From: Naegleria gruberi
Lineage: Eukaryota
Assembly: GCA_000004985.1 (NCBI GenBank)
Contig: GG738846.1
Length of the DNA stretch: 64,000 bases
Strand: one strand, 5' to 3'
Positions 33,313-45,372 of this stretch are shown piece by piece (positions within the stretch are counted from its first letter, which is position 1; the number at the start of each line of letters is the position of its first letter). The notes below the pieces were generated by a model that saw only the letters and a list, made by a program, of their open reading frames with translations, ran no database searches and was not told the DNA's origin. The position numbers and the translations under genes were made by a program.

Positions 33313-35279
33313 ATGAAACAACACCCAATTTCGGGCCTTAACAATTCTTCACGTAGTATTAGTAATAATAATAAGAATTTGAGAGCATCACAACAACAAC
33401 AGGGTGGGGAAAATGATTCATACAATCTTAATAGGAGTGGATTTAGTGCGGTAAGCATTCGATCAAGTCAGACATCTTCAGTGAAGAGTTATCATGCTCC
33501 TTCTTCTGAAGCCTTCATCAAAGTGGTCATGAAAATGGTTCGCATCATCATCAGCATTTAGGAGGAGCAAATATTGTGAGAGGAGGTGCTAGTCTTTCAT
33601 CTTCGGGACGTAATAATTTATCTTCATATTTTGAGGTGGACGATGATGAGGAAGAGGACTTGTTGAATAATTCTACCACAACGCCTCAACAACAAAACAA
33701 TGAAAAGATGATGGAGGAAAATCTTGAAATTGGATCATTGAATACGAGTCAAATAACAAGTACTGCCAGTAATTATTCAAACTATCCACCATTGGCCAAC
33801 AATTCATTCAGTACTAATCCTCCACTTGTGGAATCATTGAAAAACTCAAAGAAAGCAGCTTCACACCAGCAACATGACAAGATTTTGAAACACTTTTATC
33901 AGGAGAGTGATGAAGAATCCATTCCAGAACCGAGAGTTTATTCTCCTCAACAACAAAAGCAACAACACTCATCACCACAAGCTCCTCTTTCTCAAACACG
34001 GTCTGTCTCTTCAAAGACATCTTCAAAGAAAAGTAGCAGTAACAAACACAACCCAATGCTGGAACATCAACCTCCTCAGCCATTTCCAATGTTTCCAAAT
34101 CCATACCAATTCTTTCCAAACTTTAATTATTACCCATTCTTTCCACCGCAATATGGTGCCAATATGAATGCAGACGCTATTACGGAAATGCAAAAACTCT
34201 ACCCAAATGTACAAGCCAGTAATGATACATTCATTACTGAAAAGTCGGTCGAAAGCTCCTCGTTCTTTGAGAAGGATCAATTGTTGGATGTTTTAATATC
34301 GGAGAGTAAGCAAATGAAGTCGGTAATTGAGCATCAATCCGAATTGATTAATGTAATTTTAAAAAAGTTGGATGAAGTGAATGGAAAACTGGATGTATTA
34401 AAAGCCCAAAATAGGGATAAAACCAACCAGGTCAGTAATACAAACTCCCCAAATACAGCCTCTCTTAAATCATCCACAAGATCCACAAGCAAACAACCAA
34501 TAGATGAGACAGACCTTAATAATCACTCCAAGACCAGCAATAGTATGATTAACAACACGAGCCACTATCAATTCCATACTGATAATAGCATTCTCAAGAA
34601 ATCACCTCCAGCCTCTCCTGTTAAACCTGCCACTGCAACAGTTTCAAATAGCACTGAATCGTTTAGGTATGCAAATTCAATTCCTAGCCCTTCAAACTCT
34701 CCAATCAAGCCAATTTCAAAAAGTGCAACTCTATCTCCAAAACCAAATAGTCAGAGCCCTAACAATACAAGGTTATCAACCAACTCATCTACCAATCTAT
34801 ATGGCTATTCTAGTCCACTTGTAGATTATGGGTCAAAGCATTCAACACCAAAAACAAACCACCATTTAAATTCCTCGATTTCAAATCTCAGAGATTATGG
34901 AAGTTCAAAATCAAACTCACCATCCAATCACTTCTTTGAAAGTGTCAGTAAGAAGAAACCAATGATATCACACGATATGGATGATTCCTTATTGAATAGC
35001 AGCAAAATGACTGACTCTTTAGATTTATATTCTCATGCTGACGATTCTTTTGTTTACAACACCTCATATGTGAGCAGTTGCAGTTCAACTCCTCCAGAAC
35101 CATTTTCCACTGACATGCAACGATATCTGCATGAAAACATCCTCTCGGGTAGTACCTCTAAGAAGGATAATGTCAAAGATTCGGATAGCACCTTTGTTAA
35201 AAAGAAAGATTATTCCAATTATTCGTCTTCACCTAACGCAAGCATTCCTCTAAAGAGTTTTTCTAAAATTGATGTGTAA
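33313..35279 (+). CDS. Ser/Asn/Pro-rich low-complexity protein; two same-strand ORFs (33313..33561, 33576..35279) probably one gene
   Basis: Second ORF has no ATG near its start (GTG at 33576). Upstream ORF starts with ATG at 33313 and ends 15 nt before it. The junction (short intron or frameshift) is not resolved. Confidence 0.3.
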
Positions 35280-35291
35280 TAAACCAAAATT

Positions 35292-37400
35292 TTACTGGAA
35301 TATGTTGGAATGATCCAGGTCTCTGTCATCTGACATTACTGAAGATTGATCCTCTCCATTATTTTCATAAAGTCTTTCATAGTTCTTGTTCAATCTATTT
35401 CTGTAAAAGTGGTTATTTTCATCGAACAAGACGTTCCATTCCTTATTATCTATGCTAATTGGTTTTCCATAGTCATCACTTGTTGAATAATAGAATGGAT
35501 AAATGCTGAGCTTGTCCTTGTCAATGCCCTTCCAGACTACAGACAATAAACTTCCCTTTGTAAAATTGTTCCAAAATTGCAAGTCGTATGAATTCGAAAT
35601 ATTCTCATCAAGAGCTTGTCCAAAAATATTAGTGCTGCTTCCACTAGTGTTACTATCAACTGAGGTGGCATCTGGGCTAATGAGGCTTTCATTGTAGTGT
35701 TCATTCACTGCCTGCAAAGGGTTTACATCCTTTAATAAGTGTTGAGATGGACCTCTAATGAAACCCAATGGAGTACAAGTAAAATGAGGATGGAAATTAA
35801 CTTGCAATACAGCGAGTAAATGTGAATCCTTGAATGAAACAATTAAGCGATTGTGATTTAACACAATTTGATTGATAGTACCACAACAAACAACATTATT
35901 GTTGGTATATTGTGAGAGCGGTACTTTGGAATGGTAAGTGTAATTGACAGCGCTATCGACCTTTTTAAATAAGCCATTATTCTTCAATACATGAATGCAA
36001 TCCGAATCTTGTTCAGTCAAGAACAAGTATTTTGAATTGTAACAAATAGATTGGATAGGCTTATTGAATGAAGACCACTTTTGATTGTTCCAAGTGTATG
36101 TATTATAAATCCTGAATACGTTACTTTGATGACTGACAAGTAAATGTTCATCATTCAAAAATACGCATTTTCTAACACCTCCATTCAATCTTGTTATGGT
36201 ATCAAAGAGAGTCCAATCGTTATTAATGAACTTGTAAATTCTGATAGTATCATCATGCTTACTAGAACTAACAAGCATTTCACCATCTGGACTCCACGTT
36301 AATTGATCCACACTAGTTGGTGTTTTAATAAAAATACACACTCCACGCCTAGTTAAGTTCATTCTCCTATTGACATCCCATATTATTATTCCTTTTTCAC
36401 ATCCAACAGCTAGAATAGACTCAGTATAAGTATTAGGATCCTTATTCGAAGATGTTTGAACAATTGGTTTCCATTTGATAGTATTAACACGATATTGGAA
36501 TTCATGTGTCAAAACTTGGCATGACCATTCCTCATTAATAACATTGTAAAAATAAATTGAGTCATCTTCAAATGTTACAGCAATTTTCATAAGATAAGGA
36601 TGCCAATCGTGACACTTAACGCCTTTTTGACTTATATCGGATGATGTATTTGAATCTCCATTGGAGTAGTAATATGTAGAATTGAATAAATAGGTCGGAA
36701 TGTAATTAGTGACAGTTTGAATATATTCACAAACAGTGTCATAAACTGATTTGTAATTAGTGTCATTCTTGATAATACCATTGTACTTGTTATTATTGTG
36801 ATTGTGAGGTATCATAATGTTTGGATAAATGACACCTCCTCTATTACAATAGAAGGATATCAGTGAATCATTCAATGATTGAATGTGTATTAATTCTCCT
36901 TCAATTTCACCAACTGTTAATTCCCCACCTTGTTTTGTCTTTTTTAAATGTGAAGGTGAAATCGGAGTGTAAGCTTCATTCATAATCAATGAAGATGCAT
37001 CACCACTCAGCTTGTTCTTTGGTATAATAATATTATTATAATTCAAAAATACATTTTCAAAATTATATTCAACCTTATCATTATTTTGAATCATTGTATT
37101 ATTTAATTGTAGGTATGGAAATTCGCTTAGGATGGTATTATTATTTTCATTATTAAAAGGTGTTTGTTTTTTAGCACTGTTATTGGCTAGTATTTTCCCC
37201 ACTGTAGGAGAGGGTTTTGTTGGTGTGAGCGTTAAATTACTCAGAGGGTGATTTGGATTATTCTTGTAGGAATTTTTCTTCTTGATGGGTGTCGATGATG
37301 GAGCAACGAATGATGTTGATGATACGGAATTTGAAGGTATTTCCTCATCATTAATAATTTCATCTTCATGAAAGAAGGAAACATTCATGTGCTTACTCAT
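35292..37400 (-). CDS. WD40-repeat protein, Aladin (AAAS nucleoporin)-like, with long N-terminal Asn-rich extension
   Basis: ATG at 37400..37398. Segment HDWHPYLMKIAVTFEDDSIYFYN...IKWKP...ILAVGCEKGIIIWDV...LTWSPDGEMLVSSS...IRIY parallels the Aladin WD core recalled from memory. Confidence 0.45.
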   Translation of the reverse strand: MSKHMNVSFFHEDEIINDEEIPSNSVSSTSFVAPSSTPIKKKNSYKNNPNHPLSNLTLTPTKPSPTVGKILANNSAKKQTPFNNENNNTILSEFPYLQLNNTMIQNNDKVEYNFENVFLNYNNIIIPKNKLSGDASSLIMNEAYTPISPSHLKKTKQGGELTVGEIEGELIHIQSLNDSLISFYCNRGGVIYPNIMIPHNHNNNKYNGIIKNDTNYKSVYDTVCEYIQTVTNYIPTYLFNSTYYYSNGDSNTSSDISQKGVKCHDWHPYLMKIAVTFEDDSIYFYNVINEEWSCQVLTHEFQYRVNTIKWKPIVQTSSNKDPNTYTESILAVGCEKGIIIWDVNRRMNLTRRGVCIFIKTPTSVDQLTWSPDGEMLVSSSKHDDTIRIYKFINNDWTLFDTITRLNGGVRKCVFLNDEHLLVSHQSNVFRIYNTYTWNNQKWSSFNKPIQSICYNSKYLFLTEQDSDCIHVLKNNGLFKKVDSAVNYTYHSKVPLSQYTNNNVVCCGTINQIVLNHNRLIVSFKDSHLLAVLQVNFHPHFTCTPLGFIRGPSQHLLKDVNPLQAVNEHYNESLISPDATSVDSNTSGSSTNIFGQALDENISNSYDLQFWNNFTKGSLLSVVWKGIDKDKLSIYPFYYSTSDDYGKPISIDNKEWNVLFDENNHFYRNRLNKNYERLYENNGEDQSSVMSDDRDLDHSNIFQ

Positions 37401-37585
37401 TTTTTTAATAAATTCAAAAATTAAATTATTTCATCAATTCATATTAATTATTATTAATAATTGATGATGATAAAGGAGGTTCCAATAATTGGATAATGCA
37501 ATTAATTCTCATTGTCAATTATGAGAAGGTTAATATTTAATAATAGCTTACAAAAACATTTCAAAATCTAAATTGAAAAATTCGG

Positions 37586-40500
37586 ATGAAAAAAATGTTC
37601 GCCACTGGTCCCACATCATCTTCAACAACACGTGAATCATCAGGTCAAAACAATGATAATGATACCACAAGAGTCTCATCAACACATATCATTGTTACAC
37701 CCGATACAACTTTTCCTACTTTCCAACTTTCCAATACTCTCCATTCTACAGTCCCACAACAAACAATTGACAAGAGAACAAGTTATAGCGCACTGGAGGA
37801 GAGAAAGAGAATTAGAGCAAAGAGGAAACAGTTTAATAATTATCAACAACAAGAAGGACAATCTACAGAAGAACCAACATATCCACCAGTGAATAAGTCG
37901 TCTTCATCATCGTATTATCAAAATTATAATGACACAATTCAAAGACCAATACAACCTCCAACAAGATCTGTGATTACAGAGGAGGAAATGAACAAGGATT
38001 TGGCAACCTTCAAGAGGCAAATAAAGAAGGAAAAGAGGGAGAAACAAAGAGTTTCAAAGAAAAAAGAAAACAATTTTAATCCTCTGGAAAGTAATATTAC
38101 CATTGATAATAATTCCGAATCAAACGATAAAGCTTCATCATCAGTAGCTTCTACTAGTAGTAGTAATGTTACTGCAAGTAACATCTATGACAGGAAACAA
38201 AGAAACAAGAAGGAAAAGAAACCTAATGATTTTAGGAGGGTTAAAAACTACTTCCCTCCAGTTCCAGAAGGACAACAATTGAATGTTCAAGGCCCTCGTT
38301 TAATTGAATCTCAACCAGAATCTTTAAGTGCCACAACTAACAAGCCTTCAACAAGAATTAGAGAAAACAAAAGGGTAAATAGCCAAGCTATACAAAACAA
38401 TTCAATTGAGAGCTCTGTGACTTTACCTGTCGAAAAGTTACCAAAAGCAAAAACCAAGAAGGAAAACCAGTTACTTCCTCAAATAGGTCAAATCAAATTG
38501 AACAATGAACAACATACAAATACTAAACCAAAAGCTATGGATTCACTTCCTATTCATGAATTTTCATCTTCAATTATCAATTCTATTGAAGAAAATCAAG
38601 TCACTGTCATAACAGGTTTCACAGGTTGTGGAAAGAGTACTCAATTACCCCAAATCGTTTTGAAACACTATATTGAGAATAGTAATACACACCGTTTGAA
38701 AAAAATCAAAATTGTTTGCACTCAACCAAGAAGATTAGCAGCTACTAGTTTAGCTAGAAGGGTCAATAATGAAATGAAGTCTTATTTGGACAAGAATGGA
38801 TTGAATGAATTGTTCAAAGGAAGAATTTCTGGTCATATAATTGGTGGAGAGGCAGTTTTAGATCATAATACACCAATTGTTTATGCCACAGAAGGATGCT
38901 TGACTCAAATCATCATGGGTATGCATTCTTCATCAACATCAAGCTATGAAAATTTTCATAATGAATTTTCACATATAGTACTAGACGAAATTCACGAAAG
39001 AAAAGTCGACACAGATCTCCTTCTTTATTTTGTGAGAGAAATTGTCAAGGTTAATCCTAAAATTAGAATCATTTTGATGAGTGCCACACTCTCACAAGAA
39101 AAGATTTGTAAATATTTTGAGAGTTACCTTAATATGGATATCTCATCCGCAAAGAACAATGGACAAAATAATGGGGGAAATGGAGAGGATGATGAGCTTT
39201 TCGTTTCAAACATAGAAAAGAAGGTTCCTGCAATTCATATTCCTAGTGGATGTTATCCCGTAACTGAAAACCACATTGAAGATGTGATTACCCTTTTATA
39301 CAACCCTGTTTCTAATCCTCTCCCAGAGGAAGAATTATTGAGCAAGCAGCAATTTGCTCCCTTGCTTTCTAAACCATTGAGAGCCAGCATAAAACCAGAG
39401 AGAAGAATTTTAGGAGCCCGTCTTATTGAATACCTACACGTACGTTATCCATTAAATCAATCCATACTAGTATTCCTTCCAGGTATGATGGAGATAGAGG
39501 ATTTCGCTGATGATTTGACAGCTAATTTTATTGGAGGGGCTTCAGCAGTTGACTGTCCATACGATATTCATATTCTTCACTCCCTCATCGCAGAGCAAGA
39601 ACAAGAAGAATCCCTTTTACCACCAAAAGAAGGTAAAAGAAAGGTTATTCTCAGTACTAACATTGCCGAGAGCTCTATCACTGTTCCAGATGTTGTTATT
39701 GTGATTGATTTTTGTCTATGTAAAGGCAAATATTGGAATGAAAATTTTAATTCAGAAGTTATGGGACTTGATTGGGTTTCCAAAGATTCTTCCAAACAAA
39801 GGAAGGGAAGAGCAGGTAGAGTTTCTCCTGGTATTCTTTTTAGAATGATTACAAGAGACGAGTATGAAATGTTAGATGACTCTGTCGTACCAGAAATACA
39901 GAGAAAACCTCTCTCTTCTGTAGTTTTGCAAATACTCATGTTCAATGGAGCTTACGTTGATGACCCAACACAATTCAAAGGTTTACCTAAGAATTACAAA
40001 ACTCCATCAGAAGTTTTGCAAAAGTGTCTAGATCCTCCAAATCAAAGTTTGTTAGAGCAGGCTTACTATCAACTTGAATCACTTGGAGCCATTGTGAATC
40101 ATCAATTGGGAAATTCTCAAACTGATTCCAATAGTGTTGTGAATCAATATGAATTAGATGAAGCTTACTTGGTTACTAGCATCGGAAAATTCTTTTCTTT
40201 AATTCCAACCGAGTTAAATGCAGCCTACCTTTTACTAATTGGTTATTCATTGAATTTATTACCAGAGTGCATAATTATTGTTTCCATATTGTCCAGATCA
40301 GTGCCAATTCTTGCCTTCTCATCTTTAAAGCTTCTAAGCGCAAGAGCTATTTATTCATTTGATAATGGATCTGAGAGTGATTTAATTGCTGGATTCAATG
40401 CTTATAACCGCTTCAAACAACTTCAAACATTGAGGAGAGATCACAAAATAACTCCCAGCCAATTTAATAGTCAACTGGCCAAGGAAATGCTTGCTCTGAA

Positions 40501-43408
40501 GAAGATGATTGAAATTGATTCTTTAGTGTTACAAATTTCTCAATCTCTCTACAGAGCCTATGGTATATTTATTGAAAACCTTACTCCGCATGCTATCAAA
40601 CACTCAAGGCAAGAAATTAAACCTATTCAATACTCAACTGATAAGGTGCTCAGCACTGAAAAGATGAATATTATTAAGGCACTCATTGCCACATTGTACT
40701 ATGAACAATCAGTGAAGGGAGCTCTCAAGAAGGAACACAAGTCACTCAAAGAAATTGAATGCAGCTTGCAAATCAAAGATCAAGCCCTTTCACTCACAAA
40801 TAGTGATGAGATGCAGAAAGTTTTCTCAGAACTTTTCCATAAATTTGACGGAGGTGTTGTTGATTGTACAAAGATCAAGTTCCAATCCGATAAGAAGATT
40901 AATCTCGCCTATAACCTTCCTGTATCTGATTCATCATTTGTGTTGCCACTTACAGAAGCTCAAAAGAAGGACCCACTTTTCCCAATTAAATTGCTACAAC
41001 GTATGATCAAAGGTAGTTCACAAGAATCAAAAGAAAAGAAAAATCAAACACTTGATTATACACAGGTGAGACAAAGTTTGCTTTCAGTGAGGGATGATGA
41101 CCAAATTTTTGGTATTTTCAGAGGACTTCCAGGTGAATTGATCAAGTCCCATGGATTGAAATTCAAAGCAATGTCTTCAGCATTTGATAGAAAGATTTCA
41201 TTTATTCATCCACAATCAGATGCAATGAGAAAACAAAGAATAATCATTTCTAGAGATTCTGTTTCTCACCCTTGGGTTGATTTAACAATACCAGAAAAAA
41301 TTCTCGTCTCTGGAAGTGTATCAATCAAGGATATGACCATGTTACTTGATAAGAATACGACACTTCCTGACATTGAATTTTTTTATGAAATGTCCTTAGT
41401 ATTATTCTTGCCTTTGATTTATCCAAGAAGATTTTGCCTTTTCAAACCAAAGTATGGCGATCAAACATTTTGCCTCATATCAGAACTCTTTGAAAAGATG
41501 AAACCACATGAGAAGACTGAATACGTTCAAAATAAGATTAATCTTGATTTGAATGCTATCTATTTAATTTCTAGTGGTGTTAAAAACTTTGACTTGGTTT
41601 TACAAATTCTGAGAAGTTCCATCCAAAAGAAGATTACTGAATTACTAGCCAATCAACCAGTTGTTGATGTTGGTCTGTTATCCGTTCAAATAACTGATCT
41701 ACTCAATAATGCCAAGAATTACCTTTCTCACAAAGGTTACAATAGAAACATCGCCAAAATTATCTCCGTCTTACCTGCAGAAGATGAAGCTGTGGGAGGA
41801 GATGATGAATCATGTGGTGATCACATTCTTAGAACTAGTAGTTTCCAAAGAATTTCTCAAAGAATATTGAACCTATTGTCTAAACAGTGTCTTCTTTCTC
41901 CTGATGATCCACCTGTCGAAATCAAAAAGAAGGGTAAAACAACTATAGAAATAAGCTGTTCATATGATTATCAATACCTACAAGCCAAATATCTCTTGTT
42001 GCGAGAGATTAACAATGATTATGCTGTTTTTGCACATCCAAAACAAGCATTTGTATGCTTGGAAGTTGAGAAGAATAATTTGAAAGACTTTTTATCATCA
42101 ATGGTATACTTTTCAAGTTATGAGGATAAATCTGGAAAGAATAGAGAATTCTATACAATCAATAGAATTCCAGCAACCAAACGGTTAAATATTAGCATAG
42201 ATGAAGGTAAAGAAGGTAATAATGTAAGAAAATCATTCAATACCAAGATGAAATCTGACAAGCTTACTAATGGAGGATTTCTTCTTCAACCTTTTACACG
42301 CTCGATCTCAGCAGATGCTTTCAGAGAAAAAATTCCAGCCAATAGCAGCAATGATGAATACATGCAAGTGTATGCATACTTTGGGAAACAAGTTTTTTAT
42401 CAAGCAAAGGCAGGAGCAACAAAGATTCACTCTCAACAAAAGGGAGTAACATTTGAGTCACTTAGAAAGATGAAGATTGGTAACGATAATGATGTCAAAA
42501 CTCTATTCTTACACTTTATAGATGCAAGACGTCAGCCTGATTCTTCTCTAATTTCAAACTTCTTACTTTCCAAGAAAGCAGAAAATAAGGAAAGTGTATT
42601 CTCCAACAATCATTACTTTAAGAGAATTCTCGTTGATAAGAATCCAGTTTTGGGAAAGCAAAAGGAGTACATTTCACTCAATATTGTAGACATGGACAAG
42701 AAGGAGAGATTTACAATCTTGCTCTACCTCGACAGAGAACAGACCTACAAGGATGAAAATACTGACTTGGTTAAATGTTCTATGCAAAGCTGGAGAAGAT
42801 CTGATACCAAACTGATTTATTTAGATTTTGTCTCTCCAATACTTGTACAACCAAATGATAATGCTGAAACAATATCGAATAAGAATGAAAATACATTGGA
42901 CGTGAGATTTTCCAAAGTTACTCACTCTAGAACTATCAAGGAAGGGTTTAGAGATTTAATTCCAGCATCCATCCAAGAGTTGGAGTCAAGATTGTGGTAC
43001 AATGAGAGCGACTTTACACTTTATTATTGTTATGAGAAGGATGATTCTATATTATTTGCCAATCTGAATGATTTGAATTTGTCATTTGGCAGTACATTGG
43101 AAAATGATGAGTTGTGCAAATTGAGAGCTGAAACACCACTTGCACGTCTCTCAATCGATTCTATTCACTACGATATCAAGGAAAATTTGCACTTTAACGA
43201 TATTAAGATTCAATTTAAGAATAGAACCGACATTTCACATCCAACCCAAAGAAAATCTTTCACTACCCTTAGGGTTTGTAGCCATCAATTACAAGGAGCT
43301 TTAGGTAAAACTTTTGATAGGTCACAAGTGAAAGAATTCATGCAAATGATTCTCTCTTGGAAGGATTTGATGAATGAAAGTAGTTTGAAAACTCTAGAAG
43401 AAGAATAA
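37586..43408 (+). CDS. DEAH-box (DExH) RNA helicase with about 1000-aa C-terminal extension
   Basis: Motif I TGCGKSTQLPQ, motif II DEIHER, SAT, TNIAESSITVPDVVIVID, QRKGRAGR. Single 1940-aa ORF with ATG at 37586. N-terminal 340 aa are low complexity. Confidence 0.75.
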   Translation: MKKMFATGPTSSSTTRESSGQNNDNDTTRVSSTHIIVTPDTTFPTFQLSNTLHSTVPQQTIDKRTSYSALEERKRIRAKRKQFNNYQQQEGQSTEEPTYPPVNKSSSSSYYQNYNDTIQRPIQPPTRSVITEEEMNKDLATFKRQIKKEKREKQRVSKKKENNFNPLESNITIDNNSESNDKASSSVASTSSSNVTASNIYDRKQRNKKEKKPNDFRRVKNYFPPVPEGQQLNVQGPRLIESQPESLSATTNKPSTRIRENKRVNSQAIQNNSIESSVTLPVEKLPKAKTKKENQLLPQIGQIKLNNEQHTNTKPKAMDSLPIHEFSSSIINSIEENQVTVITGFTGCGKSTQLPQIVLKHYIENSNTHRLKKIKIVCTQPRRLAATSLARRVNNEMKSYLDKNGLNELFKGRISGHIIGGEAVLDHNTPIVYATEGCLTQIIMGMHSSSTSSYENFHNEFSHIVLDEIHERKVDTDLLLYFVREIVKVNPKIRIILMSATLSQEKICKYFESYLNMDISSAKNNGQNNGGNGEDDELFVSNIEKKVPAIHIPSGCYPVTENHIEDVITLLYNPVSNPLPEEELLSKQQFAPLLSKPLRASIKPERRILGARLIEYLHVRYPLNQSILVFLPGMMEIEDFADDLTANFIGGASAVDCPYDIHILHSLIAEQEQEESLLPPKEGKRKVILSTNIAESSITVPDVVIVIDFCLCKGKYWNENFNSEVMGLDWVSKDSSKQRKGRAGRVSPGILFRMITRDEYEMLDDSVVPEIQRKPLSSVVLQILMFNGAYVDDPTQFKGLPKNYKTPSEVLQKCLDPPNQSLLEQAYYQLESLGAIVNHQLGNSQTDSNSVVNQYELDEAYLVTSIGKFFSLIPTELNAAYLLLIGYSLNLLPECIIIVSILSRSVPILAFSSLKLLSARAIYSFDNGSESDLIAGFNAYNRFKQLQTLRRDHKITPSQFNSQLAKEMLALKKMIEIDSLVLQISQSLYRAYGIFIENLTPHAIKHSRQEIKPIQYSTDKVLSTEKMNIIKALIATLYYEQSVKGALKKEHKSLKEIECSLQIKDQALSLTNSDEMQKVFSELFHKFDGGVVDCTKIKFQSDKKINLAYNLPVSDSSFVLPLTEAQKKDPLFPIKLLQRMIKGSSQESKEKKNQTLDYTQVRQSLLSVRDDDQIFGIFRGLPGELIKSHGLKFKAMSSAFDRKISFIHPQSDAMRKQRIIISRDSVSHPWVDLTIPEKILVSGSVSIKDMTMLLDKNTTLPDIEFFYEMSLVLFLPLIYPRRFCLFKPKYGDQTFCLISELFEKMKPHEKTEYVQNKINLDLNAIYLISSGVKNFDLVLQILRSSIQKKITELLANQPVVDVGLLSVQITDLLNNAKNYLSHKGYNRNIAKIISVLPAEDEAVGGDDESCGDHILRTSSFQRISQRILNLLSKQCLLSPDDPPVEIKKKGKTTIEISCSYDYQYLQAKYLLLREINNDYAVFAHPKQAFVCLEVEKNNLKDFLSSMVYFSSYEDKSGKNREFYTINRIPATKRLNISIDEGKEGNNVRKSFNTKMKSDKLTNGGFLLQPFTRSISADAFREKIPANSSNDEYMQVYAYFGKQVFYQAKAGATKIHSQQKGVTFESLRKMKIGNDNDVKTLFLHFIDARRQPDSSLISNFLLSKKAENKESVFSNNHYFKRILVDKNPVLGKQKEYISLNIVDMDKKERFTILLYLDREQTYKDENTDLVKCSMQSWRRSDTKLIYLDFVSPILVQPNDNAETISNKNENTLDVRFSKVTHSRTIKEGFRDLIPASIQELESRLWYNESDFTLYYCYEKDDSILFANLNDLNLSFGSTLENDELCKLRAETPLARLSIDSIHYDIKENLHFNDIKIQFKNRTDISHPTQRKSFTTLRVCSHQLQGALGKTFDRSQVKEFMQMILSWKDLMNESSLKTLEEE

Positions 43409-43524
43409 ACCCAATCTCCATCACAAACTCTCCCAGTCAATTTATTCCATGATATTTCCTTTTTAATCAAAATAAATAGTCTATTCAATAATAAAACAAT
43501 AATATTAATTATTGATTTAAAAAA

Positions 43525-45372
43525 ATGTTCACACTCTCCCAATGTTTAAACTGTCATGATTTTTATCATCCGACCAATTTGTACAGTCTTTGCATATTGA
43601 AAAAGGGACTTTCAAACAATTCTATTCCTTCCACAACAAGTAATCAACAACAATCACAACAACAGGAAGCAAACAAGGAACATTCCTTCATATTTACAGC
43701 AACGAGTAATAATATCTATGTCTTGTTAGATTCCGATGATCATCAGCAACAATTATCAACCTCTCCTACTTCAATAATTAATATATTAAATAATTCTAGC
43801 AATAATACTACAATTAACAGTAATATTGCAAATAATAATAATAAGGATGTATTTATTCAACGTGAATTTCCCATTCAAGAAATTCCAATTTATAATATTA
43901 GTAGAATTCCAGCAGACTCTCAGATAATTTCCATCTCAGCCTTTAATTCTAATTATGATAAGAGTAAGCTAGTGTTGGGAGTTACATTCACACAACCAAT
44001 TAATACTAGTATTAATACATCATTGGATAATAGTGAACAAAAGAGAAAGTATATTGATGATGATGAAAATAGAGATGAGGATCAATATTCGTCATCGTAT
44101 GATTCTGGAGGTGGAGGTGATAGTACAGATGAGGATTCGGAAATGAATACTATTCATTCAAAAAAGAAAAAGAAGAAGGTTAATACAAGTGGAGGTGGCT
44201 CTTCATTTGTGTCACATTCAAAGATGAATGAAAATGAAGAGAATGAACAACAGAATCAACAGAATCAACAATTTAATAATTATTTCTACATTTACTTGTT
44301 GGATATTGATGAAATTGTGAATAATCATAATAATATCAAGTACAATTCATTATTGTACAGTAGTAATATTAATACACAAAATCAAACCAAGCACAAGTGT
44401 ATTCAAACATTCTCTTTAGGATATGTTCCATTGAAGTTGAGCACTCAAACAACAACTCTATATCCCAATTTACAAAAATACTCAATATTTGTCATTTGTG
44501 GAAGTGATAAGAATTTTCATTGTTTTTCTGATATTATTCTCACTCCTCAAAATAATTCAATCCTTCTCAAATTATTTGACCTTCCTCTCTACACTAGGAA
44601 TAATGAATATGCCAGTAATATTAGACATTATTACAATAGATTCAATGAAAATTTATTTATTGAATATGATTTTATTATACCAGGAGGTGTACCAGGTTCT
44701 GTCATTGATTTTGATTCTAATAATAACTTATTGGTCATGGGATGTCAAAATGGTTTTGTGAAAATTTGTAAAGGTGCCAATCTTGAACTACAGTTCATGT
44801 TGAATAGTCCAATTAGTTCTGTAAAAATTTTAAACTATACACCTACAGAGTTGAGTTTGTTGGTGGGTGAATCTGTTGGTAGGGTTGTCCTCTACAATGT
44901 TCCCCTCACTTCCTTTGTCAAGGATAATAATAATCAAATGGTTCCCTCCACTCCCTCCATAATCAATAATACCAATGAAATAATGACCAATATCCAATCT
45001 ACTGTTATTTACAGTGACGAGTTTGGAGACTCGATTACATGTCTCTATGCCCAACCTTACAGGTGTGGCATTACGGATATTTATATTGGTACCTACAATA
45101 GAAAACTAATTGTCTACCAATTTGAGAGTAATACATGCATTTACAAATGTACCTATCATTTTGAATATCCAATACAATACATTGATTCATTGGACATTAA
45201 TAATGATGGAGTGAAGGAAATTATCATTTGCACCATGTTTGAAATTCAAATATTACAACCTGACCTTACCTCTATTGCCAATTATATCAAGGAAAAGTTA
45301 AAACTCAATAATGCAACATTGCCAACAGAGACAACTAACCACCACCAATCCATAACCACTACCTTAGAATAA
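43525..45372 (+). CDS. Hypothetical protein; Asn/Gln-rich N-terminal half and possible beta-propeller-like C-terminal half
   Basis: ATG at 43525. Single ORF of 615 aa. Confidence 0.4.
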   Translation: MFTLSQCLNCHDFYHPTNLYSLCILKKGLSNNSIPSTTSNQQQSQQQEANKEHSFIFTATSNNIYVLLDSDDHQQQLSTSPTSIINILNNSSNNTTINSNIANNNNKDVFIQREFPIQEIPIYNISRIPADSQIISISAFNSNYDKSKLVLGVTFTQPINTSINTSLDNSEQKRKYIDDDENRDEDQYSSSYDSGGGGDSTDEDSEMNTIHSKKKKKKVNTSGGGSSFVSHSKMNENEENEQQNQQNQQFNNYFYIYLLDIDEIVNNHNNIKYNSLLYSSNINTQNQTKHKCIQTFSLGYVPLKLSTQTTTLYPNLQKYSIFVICGSDKNFHCFSDIILTPQNNSILLKLFDLPLYTRNNEYASNIRHYYNRFNENLFIEYDFIIPGGVPGSVIDFDSNNNLLVMGCQNGFVKICKGANLELQFMLNSPISSVKILNYTPTELSLLVGESVGRVVLYNVPLTSFVKDNNNQMVPSTPSIINNTNEIMTNIQSTVIYSDEFGDSITCLYAQPYRCGITDIYIGTYNRKLIVYQFESNTCIYKCTYHFEYPIQYIDSLDINNDGVKEIIICTMFEIQILQPDLTSIANYIKEKLKLNNATLPTETTNHHQSITTTLE

